Source of the DNA: a virus
Strand: one strand, 5' to 3'
DNA length: 64,000 bases
Virus record (IMG/VR): IMGVR_UViG_3300027708_000030
Coordinates: 32,001-96,000 of that record
Shown here: positions 1 through 7,267 of the stretch, in pieces
Layout of the letters: each line of letters starts with the position of its first letter
Position numbering within the stretch: position 1 is the stretch's first letter
The notes under the pieces: generated by a model
The model's input: the letters and a program-made list of their open reading frames with translations, nothing else
What the model was told of the DNA's origin: nothing
The model's database searches: none
Position numbers and translations under genes: made by a program

Positions 1-6
1 CAATAT

Positions 7-81
7 GCCTCGTTATTTCAGTGGTAGAATGTCTCTTTTACACGGAGAAGGTCGGCAGTTCGAATCTGTCACGAGGTACCA
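7..81 (+). tRNA. tRNA-Val(TAC)
   Basis: Cloverleaf; anticodon arm TCTCT-TTTACAC-GGAGA; GTTCGAAT T-loop; encoded CCA. Confidence 0.93.
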
Positions 82-83
82 AT

Positions 84-158
84 ACCCGATTGGTGAAATG
101 AATATCACGCTGTGCTACGAACGCAGAAGTGGAGGTTTGATTCCTTCATTGGGTGCCA
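84..158 (+). tRNA. tRNA-Arg(ACG)
   Basis: Acceptor ACCCGAT/ATTGGGT; arm CTGTG-CTACGAA-CGCAG; variant T-loop TTTGATT; CCA. Confidence 0.88.
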
Positions 159-164
159 AAGTTT

Positions 165-253
165 GGAAGATGGGCAGGACGGTAATGCAGCAGATTGCTA
201 ATCTGTCATCGTAGTGATACGGTGAGTGAGTTCGACTCTCACATCTTCCGCCA
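165..253 (+). tRNA. tRNA-Ser(GCT)
   Basis: Arm GCAGA-TTGCTAA-TCTGT; long variable arm; G73; CCA. Confidence 0.92.
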
Positions 254-259
254 AATGTT

Positions 260-334
260 GGGCTGATAGCTTAATGGTAAAGCAATCGACTCATAATCGA
301 TTGAGTCTGAGTTCAATTCTCAGTCAGCCCACCA
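260..334 (+). tRNA. tRNA(CAT), probably Ile2 (lysidine type)
   Basis: Arm ATCGA-CTCATAA-TCGAT resembles the GACTCATAATC arm of bacterial tRNA-Ile2; separate Met and fMet-like genes are also present. Confidence 0.75.
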
Positions 335-336
335 AT

Positions 337-414
337 GCCTCGATGGACAAATTGGAAAAGTCGTCTCTCTCAAAAGGAGAAATTCTGTGAGTTCGAATCT
401 CACTCGAGGTACCA
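337..414 (+). tRNA. tRNA-Leu(CAA), short variable region
   Basis: Arm TCTCT-CTCAAAA-GGAGA; only ~6 nt before the T stem; A73-CCA. Confidence 0.85.
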
Positions 415-418
415 ACTG

Positions 419-447
419 TTGACTTGCAAGATTGTTTGATGTATAAT
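419..447 (+). promoter_or_regulatory. sigma70-type promoter (TTGACTTGCAA class)
   Basis: TTGACT-17 nt-TATAAT just before tRNA-Leu(TAA). Confidence 0.8.
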
Positions 448-456
448 AGAGTAACT

Positions 457-539
457 GCGAGTATGATGAAATTGGTAAACATAGAAGACTTAAAATCTTC
501 CGCTTCGGCTTCCCAGTTCGAGTCTGGGTACTCGCACCA
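457..539 (+). tRNA. tRNA-Leu(TAA)
   Basis: Arm GAAGA-CTTAAAA-TCTTC; variable hairpin GC-TTCG-GC; CCA. Confidence 0.92.
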
Positions 540-541
540 AT

Positions 542-616
542 ACGGCTATAGTATAATGGAGAATACAGTAGGCTTCTACCCTACGAATGTGGGTTCGATT
601 CCTGCTAGCCGTGCCA
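542..616 (+). tRNA. tRNA-Arg(TCT)
   Basis: Arm GTAGG-CTTCTAC-CCTAC; CCA. Confidence 0.92.
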
Positions 617-623
617 GAATTAT

Positions 624-697
624 GTGAGTGGAGCCAGTTGGACAGGCACTGGATTGCAAACCCATGGAAGTAGGTTCGATTCCTATCACTCACTCCA
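624..697 (+). tRNA. tRNA-Cys(GCA)
   Basis: Acceptor GTGAGTG/CACTCAC; U73; loop TTGCAAA; imperfect anticodon stem. Confidence 0.82.
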
Positions 698-705
698 GAT
701 AGTTG

Positions 706-734
706 TTGACTTGCAAGATTATTTGAGGTATAAT
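706..734 (+). promoter_or_regulatory. sigma70-type promoter
   Basis: TTGACT-17-TATAAT; shares TTGACTTGCAAGATT with the promoter at 419. Confidence 0.8.
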
Positions 735-868
735 AGTTGTTCTTCGAAAGTCCACTCTAAGTCTGCGGTAAATACGTAGCATGTGGCAGGGATGGCTTGA
801 TTGTTGCAACTCGCCTACAATCTCCCATGCAAGCAAGTTTGGTAGTTCTTGTAAAAAACTACCACTGT

Positions 869-944
869 GCTCGATTCGTCTATCGGTTAGGACACTGCCC
901 TTTCACGGCAGGAAGGAGGGGTTCGATTCCCCCATCGAGTACCA
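869..944 (+). tRNA. tRNA-Glu(TTC)
   Basis: Arm CTGCC-CTTTCAC-GGCAG; CCA. Confidence 0.93.
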
Positions 945-945
945 G

Positions 946-1177
946 ATTTAATTACATTGGTTATCAACCCAGTAGGTGACTTATGCAGAGATATATTCCT
1001 AGTGACGGCTAGGCTCTGGTAAGTTACACGAAAGATGGAAACGAAGTCGAAAGATGGATACGGTGGTCACGCTGGAACAAGTTGGGCACGTAATGTGGTT
1101 GACAGACAAGTCCATGGACGGCATGGTAGGGCAGGTTCAAAACTGTTTATTCTGTCAAACACCCAGTGTAATTAAAT
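946..1177 (+). ncRNA. putative structured ncRNA A (~230 nt)
   Basis: 15-bp closing stem ATTTAATTACATTGG/CCAGTGTAATTAAAT with nested internal stems; no credible ORF. Confidence 0.7.
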
Positions 1178-1334
1178 GTGGTATTAGTTTAGTGTTATCA
1201 AGGTATCGTCATAGGACGCTATGACTACTCGACAGTTAGGGTGCGACTGAAACTGTCTGATATAACTGCCACTCGCTTGTCAGTGTTAGCTACATTGTTG
1301 ACAAATCGGCACGATAACACTAAACTAATATCAT
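1178..1334 (+). ncRNA. putative structured ncRNA B (~155 nt)
   Basis: Perfect 18-bp closing stem 1182-1199/1313-1330 enclosing three hairpins. Confidence 0.7.
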
Positions 1335-1335
1335 T

Positions 1336-1428
1336 GGAGCAATTGATGCTATGGCGTGTGCATCCTCAGACTGTAAATCTGATCCCTCTGGGTAAACAAT
1401 CTTGGTTCGACTCCAAGTTGCTCCACCA
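1336..1428 (+). tRNA. tRNA-Tyr(GTA)
   Basis: Arm TCAGA-CTGTAAA-TCTGA; long variable arm; CCA. Confidence 0.88.
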
Positions 1429-1435
1429 GTTTTTA

Positions 1436-1510
1436 GGCTCGTTAGTATAATGGTCATTACAGCGGATTGTCTATCCGCTTATGGGAGTTCGATTCTCCCA
1501 CGAGTCGCCA
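1436..1510 (+). tRNA. tRNA-Asp(GTC)
   Basis: Arm GCGGA-TTGTCTA-TCCGC; G73; CCA. Confidence 0.92.
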
Positions 1511-1514
1511 AGTT

Positions 1515-1592
1515 TGCGGAGTATGGAAGTGGTCTATCCGTCTGGTCTCATAAGCCATGAAATCGTTGGTTCGAATCCAACCTCCGCTACCA
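1515..1592 (+). tRNA. tRNA-Met(CAT), initiator-like
   Basis: Mismatched 1:72 pair (T/T) as in initiators; loop CTCATAA; CCA. Confidence 0.75.
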
Positions 1593-1858
1593 AGCCATGC
1601 AGCGTCACAACTGCTACTCTGACCCAGAGGAAATGAAACTGAGTTGTCCTCAGTAGGGTGGTTCTTTTCTATTAAATTAGAAGGCATCGAAACTGTTATA
1701 GAAGACAGATAAGATGGGGTCGACCAAACCAGCGTTAGCAACACGAGAGTTCTGTCCGTGGCGAGTGGGTGGAGGGCATGCTTGATGGAGAAACTGGTGC
1801 GATGTACACAAACCAGAAATAAACTGATGTGCTATAATTACCACGACGGATAGAAAGC
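1593..1858 (+). ncRNA. putative structured RNA(s) between tRNA-fMet and tRNA-Leu(TAG)
   Basis: Multi-hairpin junction at 1593-1663; long-range stem 1750-1759/1846-1855; no credible ORF. Confidence 0.5.
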
Positions 1859-1863
1859 ATTTT

Positions 1864-1940
1864 GCCCCGATGACGGAATTGGTATACGTGTTGGTCTTAG
1901 AAGCCAAATTTTGCGAGTTCGAGTCTCGCTTGGGGCACCA
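1864..1940 (+). tRNA. tRNA-Leu(TAG), short variable region
   Basis: Arm TTGGT-CTTAGAA-GCCAA; 5-nt variable loop; CCA. Confidence 0.87.
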
Positions 1941-1946
1941 AATTTC

Positions 1947-2021
1947 GGTGATGTAGCACAACGGTAGTGCAACTCCTTCATACGGAGTAGGTTAGTGGCT
2001 CGATTCCACTCATCACCACCA
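1947..2021 (+). tRNA. tRNA-Met(CAT), elongator
   Basis: Paired acceptor GGTGATG/CATCACC; arm ACTCC-TTCATAC-GGAGT. Confidence 0.85.
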
Positions 2022-2028
2022 AATATAG

Positions 2029-2105
<77 letters not shown>

Positions 2106-2119
2106 AGATAAGTAGAAGT

Positions 2120-2773
2120 ATGAAGCACATGGCATTATATTTGCACCATCCCGAATGTTCGAAGGACTGTGCGTATGCCATGGTTAATGCTCTTTCTTCA
2201 GATTACCAAATACGGATATTTGAAGAAAGCGAGTTAGACGATGATAGTTTCTTTGACAATATTGACATTATTGCTTTTCCTGGTGGTATTGGCGATAGCG
2301 ACAGTTATCCTAATTTCTTCACTAGAACAAGAGCGAATCGAATCGCCAGATTCTTGGATGGTGGTGGTCACTATCTTGGCATCTGCATGGGTGCTTATTG
2401 GGCTGGAAGTCGTTATTTCGATATACTTACTGATGTTGGTCCAGTTCAGTACATAAAGAGACCGAATGCCACTGTTCGCAGAAGTTATGGAACAGTTGCT
2501 GATGTAGAGTGGAATGGTACAAAAGAGCAGATGTATTTTTATGATGGTTGTGCGCTGATTGGAGACGAGACAAAGTTTAAAACAATCGCACGATATGCCA
2601 ATGGTGATCCAATGGCAATCATACAAGGAAGAATAGGATTAATAGGTTGCCACCCAGAAGCACCACTGTATTGGTATGAGAAACCATGGCAATACATAAA
2701 CAAACACTGGAACGATGGAAGACATCACACACTGTTGTTAGATTTTGTAAATAAATTATGCCCTATTAGTTAA
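2120..2773 (+). CDS. class I glutamine amidotransferase-like protein (BPL_N family)
   Basis: FPGG, YLGICMGAY nucleophile elbow and HPE triad motif. Confidence 0.8.
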   Translation: MKHMALYLHHPECSKDCAYAMVNALSSDYQIRIFEESELDDDSFFDNIDIIAFPGGIGDSDSYPNFFTRTRANRIARFLDGGGHYLGICMGAYWAGSRYFDILTDVGPVQYIKRPNATVRRSYGTVADVEWNGTKEQMYFYDGCALIGDETKFKTIARYANGDPMAIIQGRIGLIGCHPEAPLYWYEKPWQYINKHWNDGRHHTLLLDFVNKLCPIS

Positions 2774-2833
2774 ATGGTAGAACACCTGTTTTGTAATCAG
2801 GTAATGGCAGTTCGATTCTGTCATGGGGCACCA
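2760..2833 (+). tRNA. tRNA-Thr(TGT)
   Basis: Acceptor GCCCTAT/ATGGGGC; loop TTTGTAA; CCA; overlaps the last codons of the upstream CDS. Confidence 0.88.
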
Positions 2834-2840
2834 AACAATA

Positions 2841-2990
2841 ATGGAGAATGTCGTGTCATCAAGAGAAACAATAGAGAAAGCATATGGAAGCATTCCCAAA
2901 GAAGTAGGAATGTATCATGATTGGGGTATCCCAACATGGAGAGGTTTTAAGTATTACTGGTATAAAATTACCAGAAAAGTAACAAGATAA
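2841..2990 (+). CDS. small hypothetical protein (~49 aa)
   Basis: Open frame filling the gap between two tRNAs; start uncertain. Confidence 0.5.
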   Translation: MENVVSSRETIEKAYGSIPKEVGMYHDWGIPTWRGFKYYWYKITRKVTR

Positions 2991-2996
2991 GTTTAT

Positions 2997-3072
2997 TCCG
3001 CAGTAGCTCAGTTGGTAGAGTAGATGACTGTTAATCATTTGGTCGATGGTTCGAGCCCATCCTGTGGAGCCA
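2997..3072 (+). tRNA. tRNA-Asn(GTT)
   Basis: Arm GATGA-CTGTTAA-TCATT; G73; CCA. Confidence 0.93.
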
Positions 3073-3078
3073 AGTATC

Positions 3079-3152
3079 GGGGGATTAGTATAATGGGATT
3101 ACGGCAGCTTTGCAAGCTGTTTATGGGAGTTCGATCCTCCCATCCTCCACCA
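3079..3152 (+). tRNA. tRNA-Ala(TGC)
   Basis: G3.U70 wobble; arm GCAGC-TTTGCAA-GCTGT. Confidence 0.93.
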
Positions 3153-3202
3153 AGAATCGCTCTCACATATGGCGTATAATAAGATAAGTAATATGTGACC
3201 TT

Positions 3203-3276
3203 GCTCTGTTAGTTAAATGGTATAACAGTTGATTAGTAATCATCAATTGGGAGTTCGATTCTCTCACGGAGCACCA
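3203..3276 (+). tRNA. tRNA-Thr(AGT)
   Basis: Acceptor GCTCTGT/ACGGAGC (G1-C72, C2-G71); loop TTAGTAA; one stem mismatch; CCA. Confidence 0.8.
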
Positions 3277-3278
3277 AT

Positions 3279-3352
3279 ATCTCTCTAGTGTAATGGCAGC
3301 ACGAAAATCTCCAAAATTTTTAGTCGGGGTTCAAGTCCCTGGAGGGATGCCA
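3279..3352 (+). tRNA. tRNA-Trp(CCA)
   Basis: Arm AAAAT-CTCCAAA-ATTTT; G73; CCA. Confidence 0.88.
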
Positions 3353-3354
3353 AT

Positions 3355-3428
3355 GCGGGATTAGTTTAATGGTAAAACTACAGATTTCCAATCTGTTGTT
3401 ATCAGTTCGATTCTGATATTCCGCTCCA
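3355..3428 (+). tRNA. tRNA-Gly(TCC)
   Basis: Arm ACAGA-TTTCCAA-TCTGT; U73; CCA. Confidence 0.92.
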
Positions 3429-3446
3429 TTTAAGATAGAGGTAGTT

Positions 3447-3923
3447 ATGCGTAAAGATATCAACATCGATGAAGTGAAACAATTCATCGAGGCACAGAGT
3501 CCTGAATCTAAGATTTATATCGGTGGCGACTCTGAACGATTTAATATCGGTGATGATTTCTACGCTGATTATATCTTAGTGATTGTTGTTCATATCAATG
3601 GTAATAATGGTTGTAAAATCTTCGGTGAAGTATCTCGTGAAAGAGACTATGACCAGAAGAAAAGCAAACCACGTATGCGATTGATGAATGAAGTATATAA
3701 AATTGCAGAGTTGTATCTAAAGTTGCATGAAGTTCTGGAAGACAGAGATGTGGAAGTTCACCTTGACATTAATCCAGACGAAATGCATGGATCATCTTGC
3801 GTAATCAACGAAGCAGTTGGTTACATTAAGGGTATGTGCAATATTGTACCATTTGTAAAACCAAATGCATTTGCAGCATCATACGCTGCAGACAGATACA
3901 AGTCTTACATGCGTGCAGCATAA
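3447..3923 (+). CDS. RNase H-like YkuK/DUF458 family protein
   Basis: IYIGGDS...RLMNEV...EVHLDIN...KPNAFAASYAAD pattern; GAGG RBS. Confidence 0.8.
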   Translation: MRKDINIDEVKQFIEAQSPESKIYIGGDSERFNIGDDFYADYILVIVVHINGNNGCKIFGEVSRERDYDQKKSKPRMRLMNEVYKIAELYLKLHEVLEDRDVEVHLDINPDEMHGSSCVINEAVGYIKGMCNIVPFVKPNAFAASYAADRYKSYMRAA

Positions 3924-3924
3924 T

Positions 3925-3953
3925 TTGACATGCAGGGAATATTATTGTATAAT
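3925..3953 (+). promoter_or_regulatory. consensus sigma70 promoter
   Basis: TTGACA-17-TATAAT. Confidence 0.85.
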
Positions 3954-3966
3954 AAGTAGTAAGAGT

Positions 3967-4041
3967 GCGGGATTAATTCAGTGGTAGAATGTTTCGTTGC
4001 CAACGAAAATGTCATCGGTTCAAATCCGATATCCCGCTCCA
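3967..4041 (+). tRNA. tRNA-Gly(GCC)
   Basis: Arm TTTCG-TTGCCAA-CGAAA; U73; CCA. Confidence 0.92.
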
Positions 4042-4057
4042 ACAACATGGAGATATT

Positions 4058-4264
4058 ATGACAGAAGAAACTACACCAGTACCACTAACCTTTAAAGAGC
4101 AGTGGGAACAAAAGAAACTACTGAAGCGAGCCAAGAAAAAAGCAAAGCATAATTTGCAAAGCCAAGGATTGGGTCGCAAAGAAGCAAGTAAAGCAGTCAA
4201 CAAAGCAGTCAATCGAATCGCTTCCAATAAGCCCATGCAACGTGCTGCTGGACGTGGCGGATAA
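4058..4264 (+). CDS. small basic hypothetical protein
   Basis: GGAG RBS before ATG 4058; Lys/Arg-rich. Confidence 0.7.
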   Translation: MTEETTPVPLTFKEQWEQKKLLKRAKKKAKHNLQSQGLGRKEASKAVNKAVNRIASNKPMQRAAGRGG

Positions 4265-4269
4265 AATAC

Positions 4270-4292
4270 AATCCCACATAGTGGGATTTTTC
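4270..4292 (+). terminator. intrinsic terminator
   Basis: AATCCCAC-ATA-GTGGGATT followed by T run. Confidence 0.65.
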
Positions 4293-4308
4293 ACATTAGG
4301 AATTTATT

Positions 4309-4710
4309 ATGTTTGAATGTATCATAGCAGGAGATTCAATTGGAGTAGGAATTGCCAATGTACGTAAAGAGTGCGTGGCATATGTACAAGGTGGAATTAA
4401 CTCGCACCAGTGGTTGAATAAAAATATTCAAAACACACCACTAATTGCTAATCATGTAATCATCTCACTTGGTTCAAACGACCACAAATACGTTAAGACT
4501 GAGGAAGAACTCAGAGTCATTCGTAAACTAACCAAAGCCGACAGAGTGTATTGGATTATGCCAAGCGATAAGTTTCCAGCAGCACAATCAGCAGTGTGGC
4601 ATGTGGCAAACGAGAATAACGATATGATTCTTGGAACGAAACGAATGCAAACCGATGGTGTCCACCCATCGTGGGCAGGATATAAAGAACTAGCGGAGAA
4701 GGCAAGATGA
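4309..4710 (+). CDS. SGNH/GDSL hydrolase family protein
   Basis: GDSI, LGSND and DGVHP blocks. Confidence 0.8.
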   Translation: MFECIIAGDSIGVGIANVRKECVAYVQGGINSHQWLNKNIQNTPLIANHVIISLGSNDHKYVKTEEELRVIRKLTKADRVYWIMPSDKFPAAQSAVWHVANENNDMILGTKRMQTDGVHPSWAGYKELAEKAR

Positions 4711-4916
4711 ACATTAAAGACTATCAGATGGAGCCAAAGAAGCCACTATCATTCGAGGAGTGGAAGGGTAATATTGCTCCACAATATCAAGGAGAGAAAC
4801 TCAAGGCATATGATAGACTGCATAATGTAGACTACGAGAAAGAATTCAATGCCATGCTTAAATCAGAGTATGCAGAATACCTATCAAATCTAAATGGAGA
4901 CTGGTTGCTAAAATGA
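4707..4916 (+). CDS. hypothetical protein
   Basis: ATGA overlap with upstream gene; GGAG RBS. Confidence 0.6.
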   Translation: MNIKDYQMEPKKPLSFEEWKGNIAPQYQGEKLKAYDRLHNVDYEKEFNAMLKSEYAEYLSNLNGDWLLK

Positions 4917-5033
4917 TACTGGTAGCCACATGGATCACTGTTGGATTCTTTTCAGCCATCGGATGGTATGGAGCGAATCATCTCGTCATTGAACCATACC
5001 TGCCACCACCGAGACAGATAGAGAAAAAGAAAG

Positions 5034-5219
5034 ATGATTGAAATAATTATAGCACTGGCAATAGGAATTGCACTGGGTTTCGCATTAAACAATAAGAAAC
5101 CACCAGAGCAGGAACAACCACCAGACTATGCCTATTACAAAAACCTATCCGAATCACTAATGCAAGATGTGAGACGACTAAGAGAAGAACTAAGGAAGAA
5201 AGATGACAACCTTCACTAG
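5034..5219 (+). CDS. small membrane-anchored coiled-coil protein
   Basis: N-terminal hydrophobic helix followed by a coiled coil. Confidence 0.55.
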   Translation: MIEIIIALAIGIALGFALNNKKPPEQEQPPDYAYYKNLSESLMQDVRRLREELRKKDDNLH

Positions 5220-5430
5220 CGAGGACAGAGAAAACTCTGAGCCAATACTGAATAGCTGTAGGGATACAGGAATGTCCACGTATACCTATTTCTGGACTGT
5301 CAATAAGAAAGTCATTAGTCCATACTTTAATACTGACTCCGAAGCCAATAGCTGGATGGAGATCGAGAAATACAAGATTGAAGCACAATCGCTTTGGTCT
5401 GATTCATGCACAACCCAAAGGAAACTATGA
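5203..5430 (+). CDS. hypothetical protein
   Basis: In tandem with flanking small ORFs. Confidence 0.5.
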   Translation: MTTFTSEDRENSEPILNSCRDTGMSTYTYFWTVNKKVISPYFNTDSEANSWMEIEKYKIEAQSLWSDSCTTQRKL

Positions 5431-5706
5431 AAACTGTACAACAAATGGAAACTGAAGCCATCCTATCAATGATGGAATCGATGAAGACTCTGGAACAACA
5501 ACTAGCCGATGCCAAGAAAAGAATCGATGATCTAGAAAAGATAATCTCCAATCAGAGAGCAATGATAAAGGAACTGCAATGAAGGTAAATAAACTAATTC
5601 GTAAGATGTATAAAGCAATCATACTATCCAAGAAGAAACAAGAGAAGAAACTATACCTAAAGATCCTCAAGAAATCCCTAAAACATAAGCATACGGAAGC
5701 CGTGCA

Positions 5707-5910
5707 GTGACACAAGAAGTAATCCTACATAAAGACGACCTCAATGCAATCATCGAGTTCGCCTCAAAGTACCCCGAATCCGACTATATTACAGTCTCCT
5801 GCGATTCTTCCTCGGGGATCGGAATTTTAGTCTCAGCATCACTACGAGCAATAATCAACGAAGATGCAGTAATCATAACAAAGCAAATCGTGGACGAATC
5901 ATCATGGTAG
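5707..5910 (+). CDS. hypothetical protein
   Basis: GTG start, part of the packed small-ORF series. Confidence 0.5.
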   Translation: MTQEVILHKDDLNAIIEFASKYPESDYITVSCDSSSGIGILVSASLRAIINEDAVIITKQIVDESSW

Positions 5911-6076
5911 AAAACGAAGATAAACTATGCACTCTGGAAGAAGCTGAAGAATTCGATAAGAAACGAAACTACAGCTATACCGTGCCTTGGAATGGAGTTG
6001 CTCCATCAGTAAATGCTCAGTGGAAAGTAGAGATAAAAGATCCATGGGATGAATGGAAAGCCAATAAGGATATCGT

Positions 6077-6649
6077 GTGAATATGGTAGACGATAGTTCT
6101 GTCTGGTCCACTATTGATGGTGTAGATCTGTGGATATACGATAAACTAATACTTGCAAAACGATTAGGCTATGATTGTGGACCAGCTGGAATAGCACCAA
6201 CAAAGACTAACGAGTACATTGTAAGACCAATCTCTAACTATCGTATGATGGGTCGTGGTAGTAGTATACTGACAATTCCTGCCAATGCCGATATTATTCC
6301 AGATGGTTACTTTTGGTGTGAGGTATTTAACGGTAGACACATAACAATAGACTATAATTACGGAGTACAAACTCTTGCTGTGGAAGGATTTAAAGACAGT
6401 ACCAGAACAGATCGATTTAGCTCTTGGAAGCGAATCGAATATTCTTACGAACTACCACCATTATTACAACCCATAGCCCTAAAGTACGAGTGGCTTAATA
6501 TAGAGATAATTGACGATAAAATCATTGAAGTACACCTAAGATACAACGATGACTTTGCTAATCATACATCACAAGAGATAATACCCATATGGCGAGAGAA
6601 CTACTATCATAGTCCATGTGGAGATAGAATAGGATTTTTACTAAAATGA
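6077..6649 (+). CDS. conserved phage protein, possible ATP-grasp-like fold
   Basis: WIYDKLILA..LGY.CGPAG, YIVRP, FWCE.F.G.H and IIEVHLR motifs; fold is inferred. Confidence 0.55.
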   Translation: MNMVDDSSVWSTIDGVDLWIYDKLILAKRLGYDCGPAGIAPTKTNEYIVRPISNYRMMGRGSSILTIPANADIIPDGYFWCEVFNGRHITIDYNYGVQTLAVEGFKDSTRTDRFSSWKRIEYSYELPPLLQPIALKYEWLNIEIIDDKIIEVHLRYNDDFANHTSQEIIPIWRENYYHSPCGDRIGFLLK

Positions 6650-6822
6650 ACCAAGAAGAATACATTAAGTTTCTGGAAGAGAGACTAAAGCACTCCGATG
6701 AACAACTAACGAAAGCCATGGAGATGCTGGCTAAACTAATGAGTAAGATGAAGGATGCTATTTAGTCGTGTGTGGTGGACGTATATTCGGAAAATACAGG
6801 GTTTGCATGAATACAAAGGCGA

Positions 6823-7119
6823 GTGATGGCATACAAAGAAAAAGTTTGTCCTAAGTGTAACACCGTGCACAACAAGCGTGGTGAGTTCTGCTCTCGTAGC
6901 TGTGGTAACTCTCGTCCACTAACAAAGGAACAGAAGCAGAAGATTGGTGCTGCTAAGTCTGCATGGCTTACTGGTGGTAGTGAAGAAGCAGAAGTGGCTG
7001 TGCATAACTTTGTCTCTGGTGGAAACAATAAGACTGCTGAACCCATTGCTCCTATTGTTTCGAGAGATGCTGGCTATAGACGTTTCGTAGAAGATGGCGA
7101 TCTATGGGAGGAAGTTTAG
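6823..7119 (+). CDS. zinc-binding hypothetical protein
   Basis: CPKC...FCSRSC then a NUMOD3-like EQKQKIG segment. Confidence 0.6.
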   Translation: MMAYKEKVCPKCNTVHNKRGEFCSRSCGNSRPLTKEQKQKIGAAKSAWLTGGSEEAEVAVHNFVSGGNNKTAEPIAPIVSRDAGYRRFVEDGDLWEEV

Positions 7120-7267
7120 TTACAGGGAATATTGCCAGTTATTACCACGCTATGTGAGTGTATGTGGGAGGGCTATGTGGAGACGTATGTGACACTCTTG
7201 TGCGCAACGAGTGTAAGACGAGTGCGTGTGCTCTCGAGTGCGTGTGATGCAATATTGCAATTCTTAT

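Noticed and set aside
745-760. GAAAGTCC resembling the RNase P RNA conserved region
   Set aside because: No matching P4 partner or other conserved regions found, and the segment is too short.
1593-1663. tRNA-associated HDV-like (theta) or hammerhead ribozyme
   Set aside because: No nested double pseudoknot or CTGANGA/GAAA core could be built; kept only as an unassigned structured RNA.
3161-3198. TCACATAT/ATATGTGA hairpin with CGTATAAT, reminiscent of a purine riboswitch
   Set aside because: Motif order and three-way junction do not match; probably a spacer hairpin or a -10 element.
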